Assembly: GCF_001194135.2 (NCBI RefSeq)
Contig: NC_068981.1
Location: 189,057,590-189,103,055 of the forward strand
Length of the DNA stretch: 45,466 nt
From: Octopus bimaculoides
Taxonomy: Eukaryota
Direction of reading: 5' to 3'
Below are positions 1-10,229 of this stretch, piece by piece. The notes under the pieces are model-generated. The model did no database searches. It was not told the origin of the DNA and saw only the letters and a program-made list of their open reading frames with translations. Every line of letters starts with the position of its first letter. Within the stretch, counting starts at the first letter, position 1. The position numbers and the translations under genes were made by a program.

Positions 1-390
1 GGAACCTTGGTGGACCCCTACCTCTACCCGGAATTCATTGCTGTACTCATTTCCAACCCTCACCTTACTGGCAGCATCTCTGTACATGGCTCGCACAGCT
101 CTCACTAACCATTCTTCTATCCCAAGTTTCCTCATTGACCACCAGATAAGGGATCGGGGGACCCTGTCAAAGGCTTTCTCCATGTCAACGAAAGCCAGGT
201 ACAGAGGTTTATCCTTAGCTAGGTATTTCTCTTGCAACTGTCTCACTAGAAATAAGGCATCAGTAGTGCTTTTACCTGGCACGAACCCAAACTGCATCTC
301 ATCTAAATTGATTCGCTCCCTAATTAGTTGGGCTATGACCCTCTCTGTAACTTTCATAACCTGATCTAACAGCTTGATGCCTCTGTAATT
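1..390 (-). mobile_element. RTE-clade non-LTR retrotransposon, RT domain fragment (young, frame open to window edge)
   Basis: Hand translation of the minus strand: NYRGIKLLDQVMKVTERVIAQLIRERINLDEMQFGFVPGKSTTDALFLVRQLQEKYLAKDKPLYLAFVDMEKAFDRVPRSLIWWSMRKLGIEEWLVRAVRAMYRDAASKVRVGNEYSNEFRVEVGVHQGS. It carries the typical RT motifs (QFGF..G.STTD, FVD.EKAFD, GVHQGS) with no stops. The ORF track lists only the antisense frame (38..364). Confidence 0.95.
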
Positions 391-779
391 ATATCTTTAA
401 GATAAAGTGTTTGCCATAGTAAGAACAAAATATATTCTAGTCTCATCACGAATTACATTATGAATAAATGTTTACATTTTTAAACAAAGTGAAAATTGCT
501 ATTCCAAACAGTGCACAGTATGGACAGATGTAAAATGTGAAAAGTCAAAACTCAAGTCCACATTACCTCATGGATGAATGGGTGATTTGTTAAGATTCTA
601 AACATTCAAAAGAAAATACTTGTCTAATTGCATCATTATTCCATTTTATTTTACATCTTTACACATGAACACCTGATGTCTTACTAGTGATTTTAACAAC
701 TTTAACAAATCACAGCTTCTTTAACTAAGATACACTGAGGTGTCAACAGAGTTTTTACATTTTTAATCTCTTTCATACC

Positions 780-1162
780 TTTTATCTTGTTTTAAACTTG
801 TTTTAGTCATTATACTCTTGCCATGCTGGAGTACCATCTTGATGGGTTTTAGTCAAACAAATCAACCCCAGTACTTATTTTTTAAAGCCTGGTACTTATT
901 CTATCAGTCTGTTTTGCTGTACTGCAAAGTTACAGGAACATGAATGCACCAACACCAGTGGTCAAGTGGTGGTGGATAAGCGCATACACAAAGATATATG
1001 ATGGTCTTCTTCCAGTTTCTGTCTACCAAATCTACTCACAAGGCTTTGGTCAGCCCAAGGCTATAGTAGAAGACCCTTGCCCAGAGTGCCATGCTGTGGA
1101 ACTGAACCTGGAACCATGTGTCTGGGAAGCAAGTTTCTTTTCACACAGTCACATTTGTACCT
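780..1162 (-). mobile_element. tRNA-derived SINE, family A (degenerate copy)
   Basis: Reverse complement matches the copies at 3879-4290 and 33681-34073 (ccatgctggagtacc, gtacttattctatc, caaggctatagtagaagac). Confidence 0.85.
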
Positions 1163-1246
1163 ATACTTCTTGCATTACATACATTTTATAGTGCTTAAAA
1201 AAAAAACACACACATACACACACAAATAAATGTGTGTGTGTGTATA

Positions 1247-2184
1247 TTGGGTCATCCCATGCATAATGCAGTTTTTCAACTGCATGAGCTAAAAGCCAGA
1301 GGGAGAAAGGATAAACTACCTGCATCAACTTGCTATAAAAGCAGGCAGTAATTTTACCTTGTACTAATTCTTGTACTTATTCTTAGTACAAATTTTGAAG
1401 AGTGCAGTTAGATTTTAAACAGTTATTTTTTCAAAGCTATCATGGAAGTGATAAGGAGCATATTTGGCATATTTTGCTCCATGAGTTCAATAAAGGCCAC
1501 AGTGCAATGGAAACTGCAAGGAATATTAAAGCAGTATATGGGGATTGGACAATAAGTGTAAGCCAGTGTCAACAGTAGTTCCAGAAATTGTGAGCCAGAG
1601 ACTACAGCCTAGAAGAGGAGCCTCATTCTGGAAGATCTATAGAGCTCAACAAGGATGTCCTGCAAACCCTAGTGGAATGAAATCTCACCGTAACTGTTGA
1701 GGAACTAGCAGAGGAGCTTGGATTTGGTCATTCAACCATTCATAGACACCTGTGTGCCATCAGAAAATGGTCATCTTTGGTTTTAAGATGAAAAGTGTTC
1801 TTCCATCGGGATAATGCTCAGCCACAAACAGCGAGGATGACATTCCAAAGGCTGGAGCTGTTTGAATGAGACACAATGCCCCACCCACCATATTCACCGG
1901 ACATTGCCCCATCTAATTATTATTTATTCTGCAGTCTTCAAAATCATTTGGACAGAAAATATATATGAATTCTGTAGACGAGGTCAGAACATCACTAGAG
2001 GAGTATTTTTTGTCACAGACAACTGAATTTTGGAAGAGGGACCTTGCAAGTCTACCAGCTAGATGGAAAAAAATTGTAGAAAAGGAAAGAGGGTGTATTT
2101 TAGATTAAAAAAGAATTCTGTTTATCTTAATTTTGATGAATAAAAGAAGTATTTAAAAAATGCATTATTTATGGGATGATCCAA
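1247..2184 (+). mobile_element. mariner (Tc1/mariner) transposon, internally deleted and inactive
   Basis: TIRs TTGGGTCATCCCATGCATAATGCA and TGCATTATTTATGGGATGATCCAA, each flanked by TA. Translation gives the HTH region (HILLHEFNKGHSAMETARNIKAVYG...TVEELAEELGFGHSTIHRHL) and the C-terminal DNAQPQTA...PHPPYSPDIAPSNYYLFCSLQNHL (YSPDLAP motif). Several in-frame stops. Confidence 0.93.
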
Positions 2185-2408
2185 TATATATGTTTTCAAA
2201 ATGTAACCACGTGAATTGTTGGCATTTTTTTTTTTCTTCCGTCTTCCTTTTCTCTTGGACTTTCCTCTGTCTCCCGTTTCTGAAACTGAGCTTTGTTCAA
2301 AATGTAAAACCACCTTTCTTTCCTTCCCTGAGCATCTGCTAATACTTTGCATGTACCATGTCCTCGTGTTTTTTTTTTCTTGCATTTGTTCTTCGTTTTT
2401 TTTGGATT

Positions 2409-2444
<36 letters not shown>

Positions 2445-2471
2445 TCATCANNNNNNNNNNTATATATATAT

Positions 2472-2778
2472 ATCATCATCATCATTTAACATCCACTTTC
2501 TATGCTGGCATGGGTTGGACGGTTTGACTGAGGACTGGCAAGCCAGAAGGCTGCACCAGGCTCCAATCTGATCTGGCAAAGTTTCTACAGCTGGATGCCC
2601 ATCCTAACACAAACCACTCCAAGTGTGTAATGGGTGCTTTTTACATGCCACTGGCACAGAAGTCAGTCAGGAGGCACTGGCAACGACCACACTTGAATGA
2701 TATTTTTACATGTTACAGGTACAGGAATCAGTCAGGCAACGATCACACTCGAATGGTGCTTGTTACATGCCACTGGCA

Positions 2779-2780
<2 letters not shown>
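2472..2780 (-). mobile_element. RTE LINE 3'UTR/tail copy (5'-truncated)
   Basis: catcatcatttaacatccactttctatgctggcatgggttggacggtttgactgagga...ctccaatctgatctggcaaagtttctacagctggatgccc is the reverse complement of the 3' end of the RTE at 40391-41233. Confidence 0.85.
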
Positions 2781-2827
<47 letters not shown>

Positions 2828-2914
2828 TGCAGATAACTCATATGTAGCTTGTGTGTCAAAATATGCTAAAGTGTATAACACAATAGTATGATATAGTAGT
2901 TGTTCCATGCTTTT

Positions 2915-3140
2915 GCTAATTGTTGTAGGTGCCTACGTAGCCACAAACAGGCACAGACACTCTCAAAGGTCTCCAACCCTTTACCCACCAAGCTGCACCG
3001 GTACTTGGCTGGAATTCATTTTCAGCTGAGTAGACTGGAACAACATAAAATGAAGTGTCTTGCTCAAGGATACAATGTACTACGCAGTCTAGGAATGACA
3101 CCCACAACCTTATGATCATAAGTAAAAAAAACCTAAGCAC
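2915..3140 (-). mobile_element. tRNA-related SINE, family D
   Basis: Minus strand shows a head followed by ccttgagcaagacacttcattttatgttgttccagtctactcagctg. Related fragments lie at about 19070-19165 and 20140-20260. Confidence 0.6.
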
Positions 3141-3878
3141 AAAATCAAATACCTTCACTCTCTCTCTCTCTCTGTCTCACTCACACACATAACATCATCA
3201 TCATCATTCAACATCTTTCTTCCATGCTGGCATGGGATGGATGCTTCAACAGGATCTGATGAGTCAAAAGACTGTATCATGCTCCAATATTAACATACGG
3301 CCTGGTGTGAGATTTAAAAATCCTTATTACTGTTATTTAATTTCTTAATCTTCGTGAAATGTTGGCAATTACCAATCAACTTGGTTGCAAAGGTATGTGA
3401 TGCCAATTCTGAGGAGCTTAGATATGATTTTGAATACTCTTCCTAACACTCTATACGTCACTAACAAAAATTGTGCTAATTGCTACCACTTTCAATTGCT
3501 TGTCCAGTTTATTAGAGAATCACAACTATCACTCCACATATTTTCTTTATTAACCACAATCACAATTTAACAATTTAAAAAAACAAAAAAAAATCAAGAA
3601 GAATCATGATGTTCTTCCCCACCACACTCACACACCTTTTTATTTGTTTCATCTTGGTTAATTTAGCATCTCCGTACTGATGAGCTGCTCATATAAATGG
3701 AACAATGCTGCAGCAGTTACACACACTGATAAATATCCTCGTATAAAAACAAACTGGTTCAACTGCGCTCAGCAAAATACTTTTACCGTTAACTCACAGA
3801 TTAGTTGATTCCACTTTTCACTTTTATTCAGGTTCAACAGCCTCAGATGCTCTGAACTTATTTGTTGTATACATTCAT

Positions 3879-4045
3879 AGGTGCAGGATTGGCTGTGTGG
3901 TAAGTAGCTTGCTTACTAACCACATGGTTCTGGGTTCAGTCCCACTGCGTGGCACCTTGGGCAAGTGTCTTCTACTATAGTCTCAGGCCAACCAAAGCCT
4001 TGTGAGTGGATTTGGTAGACGGAAACTGAAAGAAGCCCGTCGTAC

Positions 4046-4089
<44 letters not shown>

Positions 4090-4290
4090 CTGTGGTTGTC
4101 CCCCCCAACATTGCTTGATATGCAATACTGGTGTGTTTACGTCCCTGTAACTTAGCGGTTCAGCAAAAGGAGACCGATAGAAAAAGTACTAGGCTTACAA
4201 AGAATAAGTCCTGGGGTCAATTTGCTCGACTAAAAGGTGGTGCTCCAGCATGGCTGCAATCAAATGACTGAAACAAGTAAAAGAAAAGAA
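3879..4290 (+). mobile_element. tRNA-derived SINE, family A (full length)
   Basis: A-box-like TGGCTGTGTGG, B-box-like GGTTCAGTCCC, internal (TG)n and an A-rich tail. Near-identical to 33681-34073 and to the reverse complement of 42805-43220. Confidence 0.92.
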
Positions 4291-4424
4291 TCATGAACCA
4301 AAATTGCACTAAGTCCATCAAGTTATCCTATTTTGTTTCCTTCCTTCATCAGACTATTATAAAAATTGGGAGACTAGCTGTATGACATTTTGAAGGATTG
4401 AATCCAAGCAACTTCAGCTAATGA

Positions 4425-4670
4425 TATCATCATCATCATCACTGCTTTAACATCCACTTTTCCATGCTTGCATGTGTCAGATGGATTTTGTTGAGGCCGA
4501 TTTTCTACAGCTGAATACCCTTCCTGTTGCCAATCATCACTTGTTTTGGGGCAAGTTTATATTTCCCCTTTGCCAGAACAAGGAAGATTGGCAATGAAGG
4601 CCATTACTTGTATGATGGCAACACTCATTTATAGCTATCACATGATGTCAAGACAAGGAGACATACATAC
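4425..4670 (-). mobile_element. retroposon 3' tail, second variant
   Basis: catcatcatc...ccacttttccatgcttgcatgtgtcagatgg...ttttctacagctgaatacccttcctgttgccaa. The same variant occurs at about 18740-18865, 37215-37390 and 42330-42440. Confidence 0.7.
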
Positions 4671-4689
4671 CTAATTATAGAGACTCAAA

Positions 4690-4840
4690 TTTTCAGTTTC
4701 TAACTACCACATCCACACAAAAGGCTTTGGTCAGCCTGGGTCTACAGAGGAAAAAAATTGCCCAAAGTGTTATGCAGTGAGACTAATCCCCCAAACCATG
4801 TAAATGGGAAATAGATTTCTCCAGTATACAACTATGCCAA
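4690..4840 (-). mobile_element. SINE family A head fragment
   Basis: ttttcagtttctaactaccacatccacacaaaaggctttggtcagcctggg...cccaaagtgttatgcagtgagac is the reverse complement of the family A 5' half. Confidence 0.7.
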
Positions 4841-4854
4841 CAAAATAAAGATTA

Positions 4855-5200
4855 ACAGAGTAATGCAGGGCAATATCATAGGTCCAACCCTGTTTATTAT
4901 AACCTTTATTGTTTTTTTTTCATTTGGAAACCAAACCAGTGACTTAAACCCTTTGATGCAATAAAGCTAGTGGTACAATCTTCCTTACTAAGATCATCTT
5001 GCAATGAACATCTGCTATATGACCTCAATGTGATTTTATAATGAGTTACATAAATTAAATTTGATGTACATAAATTTCAACTTTAATACAACCAGTCTTG
5101 AAACAACTGAAATCTACAGATGGGAAAGACCCCATTTATACATGGAGAATCAATACAGCACCTGGAATTGTGAGCAGTGATGCAGCATTCTTCCAGTGAT
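4855..5200 (+). mobile_element. old CR1/L2-like RT remnant
   Basis: VMQGNIIGPTLFIITF resembles GVPQGSILGPLLFIIFI. Downstream LLYDLNVI and FDVHKFQL resemble later RT segments. Heavily decayed. Confidence 0.4.
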
Positions 5201-6646
5201 ACATAAGAATATGTTGGCAGTAAATCAGTGTCCCAGCATGGTTATAGCTACATGGTTGAAACAAGTAAAAGAATTGAGAAGGAAAAAATCAATATACATA
5301 TAATTGATTAGAAGTTTTTATGATGTGAAACTCCTGGTTGATAAATTAGAGATTCAAAGCTAATCAAAAGCAAGACATCATTTACTGGCTGAACTTAATG
5401 GAAAGTATGTACCACTCCCACTTGATGGCTAATATTATGACAGTCATCTTGAAAAGTTTGTTGCACAAAGTCATGTAAATTATAGAATTTACATAACTAT
5501 ACAGCCTATAATTTTAACATAGAAAATGCTCATAAAATGCTAAAAAAATAAACGTATTATCTCTGTTTTCAATGCACATACTTTATGAGTCAAGAAGCTA
5601 GTCTATATGCGATCATTCACACACACTGTTAGAAAAACCATGCAAATTCTTCCAAAGCACATTCTACTATCTTCAAACAGGAAGAATATATTGGTCAATG
5701 TAGTTTCAATATACAAAAGGATGGAATGGTCACAGCAAGAATGCCTTTGATCATTGTTCTGCTCAATCAGAAATAACAACAATGTATACATTTTCTAAGA
5801 ACGCTGGGTATTGAAAACAAGCTGCATGACTGTGATAAGAGGAGTTGTGTTGTATTATATATCAATCAAATCCATGCCAGCATGGGAAAATGGACATTAA
5901 AACTGTGATAACGATGATGATGATTAACATGATTATGAAGTGGGTTCTCATGCAGATTGCAATGAAAGACATTGAAGTTCACTACATGAAACTAAACCAA
6001 ATAATCAATAAAATTGTTTTAGACTTCCACAGATACAGCCAGCTATATTTAGAGAAACATGGTGAACAAAAATACTAACAATAAGAATCAAAAGCATGAA
6101 ATGTTCAAACTCTTTCATGATTTGGCGTATGGCAGGTCTACCAAGAAGTGTTTGGTTGCAGCCTATATTAGACGGTTATAGAAATATTCCTAACCATAAT
6201 TAAGGTGATAGTAGCACTAATTAGATACGTAAAGTTTTTTCAGGGCAAATAAAAGTTGCTCAAATTCTAATAAGCACCAAATGTAACTTCCGAAGCCAAA
6301 CCATACCCATTCACTGCTGCTTCTATCTCTCCTTCTTTCATATTAACAGAGTTAACTACCATATGTCAATAATATACAATAAATTTCTGGTGATGCAGTT
6401 ACTGATCTCTCAGAATCACGAACAATCCCATTATTCTGAATAATTTAGAATTGTTTCATCAGATGTACTTTCTGAACTTTGACTCAGTGCAAAATGTAAT
6501 CGGAATGAAAGAATTAATTACATGATATGACATTAATAAATTAAATAAAAGTTCATATTTGCACTGCTCACAATTAATTAGACAACACAAAGCTTAGCTT
6601 ACACAAATGACAGAAGAAAAATGGAGAGATGAAAAGTAAAATGGAA

Positions 6647-6860
6647 AAGGCATGGTTAGTGAGTTCAAGACTGAAATATATTTTACTGTTATTTCGCCCA
6701 TCACTACATTCTGAGTTCAAATTCTGCTGAGGTTGACTTGACCTTTCATCCTTTTGGGGTTGATAAAATAAGTACCAGTGAAACACTGTGGTTGATGTAA
6801 TCGACTCATCCCCACCTCCACCAAGCCACCCTTGAGGCAAAAATCTGAAATAATTATTAT
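6647..6860 (+). mobile_element. tRNA-derived SINE, family B
   Basis: ttctgagttcaaattctgctgaggttgacttgacctttcatccttttggggttgataaaataagtaccag matches 32087-32302. Confidence 0.8.
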
Positions 6861-6878
6861 CAACATTTGCATTTTCAG

Positions 6879-6966
6879 GAGGTCAGATAATCTAATTCGT
6901 AGACAAGACAGTTACAGTGAAGATCATGTACCAAGAAATGAAGCCCTACAATATAAATTGATATAG
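6879..6966 (+). CDS. possible terminal coding exon of an unidentified gene (RSDNLIRRQDSYSEDHVPRNEALQYKLI*)
   Basis: Acceptor-like catttgcattttcag|G at 6878/6879, then 28 open codons with protein-like composition and TAG at 6964-6966. No family recognised and no upstream exon found. Confidence 0.2.
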
Positions 6967-7376
6967 GCTGGTGGAAGCATCAACCTCTTGTAGAATAAAT
7001 TTTCTGTTACCCATGTCATATAAGCTTTTAGTTAGAAATTCCATATTCAAACTGATGAACTGATTAGTAAATGAGCAAAAGCAGTACTTGTTCAATGCAT
7101 TTTTCTTAAACACCTTTGAACTGAACTTGGCTCTCCCTCTAAGAAGATCAGATGAAATAAACCATTTTGAAGAGCTGGTAATAATGAAACTAGGTGAGCT
7201 TGTTCTCCACACTATTCTACAGAGGGAGACTTGTGGTTTAACAGCAGTGTTGATTTGTACAGTGAGACTAAATATATGCTTATTAGGCATAAATACATAT
7301 TTGTAATTACAAATGTAAAACAAACATACTGTATAGTCTTCTTTTCATTAGATTTCTTATAATTCTGGGAAACAAA

Positions 7377-8223
7377 TATGTGGTGATATCAAAAAGTTCC
7401 CAGACTAGTTTTGTAGTGTACCAGCATATGGTAGCACATGGTTGCATGCATAGTGACAGCTAGCAGTGACCTTCACGAGACAGTGACCTTCATGAGACAG
7501 TGTGCCGTGTGACATCACTGTGTTTACTTTACAAGTTGTGACATTTGTGTTTCTGTGATCATGTATATGGTGTAGTCTGTGATTTTGTCATGGATAGAAA
7601 CAAAGAGCCAATGTGAAATTTTGTGTCAAACTCAAGAAGTCTGCTACAGAGACATTGAACATGTTTCAAAGCTTACAACAATGAGGCAATGGGTCATACA
7701 CAGTATTTCAAATGGCATGGGTGCTTCAAAATTGGTAGAACATCCCTGGAAGATGAGCAATCTGGAAGACCTGCCATGAGCATCACCCCCAAGAAATGTC
7801 ATATAGTGCAACGAGAATTCATCCTCAGAGCCAGACCATCAATCAAGAGTTCTACTGCGACATTTTGAAGCATGTGAGGGAGGACATTTGGCGAATGCGA
7901 GCAAATCTGTGAAACATGAAGAATTGGATTCTTCACAAAGCTCTCCTCAGTTGTGAGTTTCTTGCCAAAAACAACAAGGTATCACTTCCACACCCACCCT
8001 ATTTACACTAATGTCAAGATCCAGAGCAAATCGCAGGTGTTCAGCTTGTTTACAGGGAAAAAAATTTCAGGCTGGATTCCAAAAGTAGCAGGAACACTGC
8101 AACTGGTGTATTGCTGTGCAAGGTGACTATTTCGAAGGAGATGATGTTAAAACTTAGGTAAATAAGTTACTTTTTTTTTTATTAAACATAACTAATCTGG
8201 GAACTTTTTCATCCTGTGTCGTA
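7377..8223 (+). mobile_element. second mariner transposon (different subfamily), multiply deleted
   Basis: Imperfect TIRs with core AAAAAGTTCCCAGA(C/T)T at 7391 and its reverse complement AATCTGGGAACTTTTT near 8194. Remnant peptides KFCVKLKKSATETLNMF, QTINQEFYCDILKHVREDI, EFLAKNNKVSLPHPPY and a terminal CIAVQGDYFEGD. Confidence 0.88.
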
Positions 8224-8849
8224 GAAGCATGTGTCCAAACTTTTGAAAATGTTACTTGCAATAAACTCCCCAGGGAAATTTTTATTAATGTAATACTACA
8301 AAATCTAAGAACTAAAACAAGGAATTATATCAGAAACAAATCAATAGGCATAATTTTACCAGTATATATATATATATTCTAAGGTATAATTTTCAGCACC
8401 ATTATCTGGTGAAGTTCCATGTAGAGAGTTCAAGAGTTTGAGAAAGTAAGGAGTTACTTCTTAGTCACTACTCCTCCCTGCTTCACTCTAGCTTGAGTTA
8501 ACAGTACCCCTAAAGGACCCCAGTTAAGTGTCAAACAGTAGATGGTCCTTTGATGGTTTAGGTATATAGGCCTCAGAGAAAGCCTAGCCCCCAAGACATG
8601 TAGCACAAAGGCTCACTGGTATGTTGGCATGCCCTGATATCACATGTACTAGTTCCCTTACTACATGATTAAATAGACCCTGTACCTCAAGGCCAAGCTT
8701 GAGACAATAAGTGAATAGTAGAGTAAACTGTAAATACACCGAGAGAAACAAAGAAATATGTGTCTTCTGACTTTGACATGGGGATCCATGAGCAACAATA
8801 CCTGTAAAACTGACATGACTCATTGAAAGAAATAGAGACAAACATTGAT

Positions 8850-9050
8850 TTTTTACAGTTCTCTGAGCTGGTTCCACATAAAAAGCACCCAGTACACTAA
8901 AGTGGTTGGTGTTAGGATAAGCAGCCAACCATAGAAACCATGCCAAAACAGACAGTTGAAGCTTGGTGCAGTTCTCTGGCTTGCCAACTCCTGCCAAACT
9001 GTCCAACATACGCCAGCATGGAAAACAGTCATTAAATGATGATGATGATG
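8850..9050 (+). mobile_element. RTE 3'UTR/tail copy
   Basis: aaaagcacccagtacact...gtggttggtgttagga...ccagcatggaaaacagtcattaaatgatgatgatgatg. Confidence 0.8.
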
Positions 9051-9084
9051 TTCAATTTGAATATCTATAAATTGACACCTCAGA

Positions 9085-10140
9085 CAAGGATGATGCATAG
9101 TGGTAGTGCAGAATTAGTGGTATCAGACAGAGTAAAGGTAATAAAACGAGAAGAGAAGCTTGAATGGATGGTGTGATGTTGAGTGAGTTTTTAACAAACA
9201 GCTAGATGACTTTAGGATTTAGGGTTGCATAACAGAAGCCCCATCCTTGATGCAGGACCAGTATTTCATTGTGTGTTTGACTTGAGATTTGCAGAAAATC
9301 AGCAACTGATCAGAGCTGGAGTATTTTTATTGCGTTAAATAGGAAAGATGGTCTCTGGGGTGCTATTTATGTAATGTTATGAATATGAGATTGCCAGCAG
9401 AGATTATCAGAGATTGTGAAGCCTAGCAGTTGTAGCAACTTTTATGTTTATAATCACATGTTGCTAAAGGCTACAGAATATGGAAGTATAAAATATTTTC
9501 TTTGATGTGTGTGTGGTTTTGTTATCTTTATAGTACCACAAGCTCGGGTATGGCTGTTTAGTTAAGAAGCTCATTTTGCAATCATGTGGCTTCAGGTTCA
9601 GTTCCACTGCAGAAAACCTTGGGCAAGTGTCTTCTACTATAGTCCCATGTCAATCAATGTCTTGTGAGTTAATTTGGTAGATGCAAACTCTGTCCAACTG
9701 CTTGACAACCAGTGTTACAGTGTTGGTTTGTTTACATCTCTGTAACTTAGAAATTTGGCAAAAGAGACAAATTTGGCAAAACAGCAACATAAGTACGGGG
9801 TCAAGTTTGTTCAACTAAAACATTTTAAGGTGGAGCCCAAGCATGGCTGTTAGCCATTGACTGAGACAAAAGATAGAATATGAAACTGTCATGATCTAGG
9901 TAGCAAATGGATTAAATGTCTATGTGAATAAGTTTAGGCAGGAGTGAAAATTGGTATCATCTGCATTGGAGCAAGAATTGCTAGAGGTAGCAGCAGGTAA
10001 ATATTTAAGGAAGGAAGAAGCTGGGTGGCGTAAACCACGTTTATTAGGGAATCAATTCAGAAATAAATATAACAGGGTCAAATAAGTCAGATCAGATGTT
10101 GAAATGGAAAGGTTTTTAACAAACATACTAATTTGGAAAT
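9085..10140 (-). mobile_element. CR1-like LINE remnant, interrupted by a SINE
   Basis: Minus strand reads KYLPAATSSNSCSNADDTNFHSCL (YADD-like) near 9930-10010 and KYSSSDQLLIFCKSQVKHTMKYWSC (resembling CR1 ...QLLTLYKAQVRPTMEYCS) near 9250-9330. Confidence 0.55.
9545..9880 (+). mobile_element. SINE family A (diverged) inserted in the CR1-like remnant
   Basis: tatggctgtttagttaagaagctc...caggttcagttccactgc...ttgggcaagtgtcttctactatag...gcatggctg...tgactgagacaaaaga. Confidence 0.8.
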
Positions 10141-10229
10141 AGTTTCAGAAGAATGATTCCTCATGTAATATTTTCATTACTCATATAAAGTAATTCATAT
10201 ACATACACACACACACACAGATATATATA

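Noticed and set aside
38-364. 108-aa + strand ORF (and 45184..45402)
   Set aside because: It is the antisense shadow of the RTE RT frame.
2412-2484. Duplicated (TA)n-(CAT)n block
   Set aside because: Same artefact around the 10-N gap at 2451-2460.
3886-3950. tRNA genes suggested by A/B boxes
   Set aside because: The boxes belong to SINE heads, and no complete cloverleaf could be folded.
6879-7193. 315-nt acceptor-to-donor interval whose 8 in-frame stops might be removed by A-to-I editing
   Set aside because: Eight stops in 104 codons is about the random expectation for this base composition, and editing all of them to Trp gives an implausible protein.
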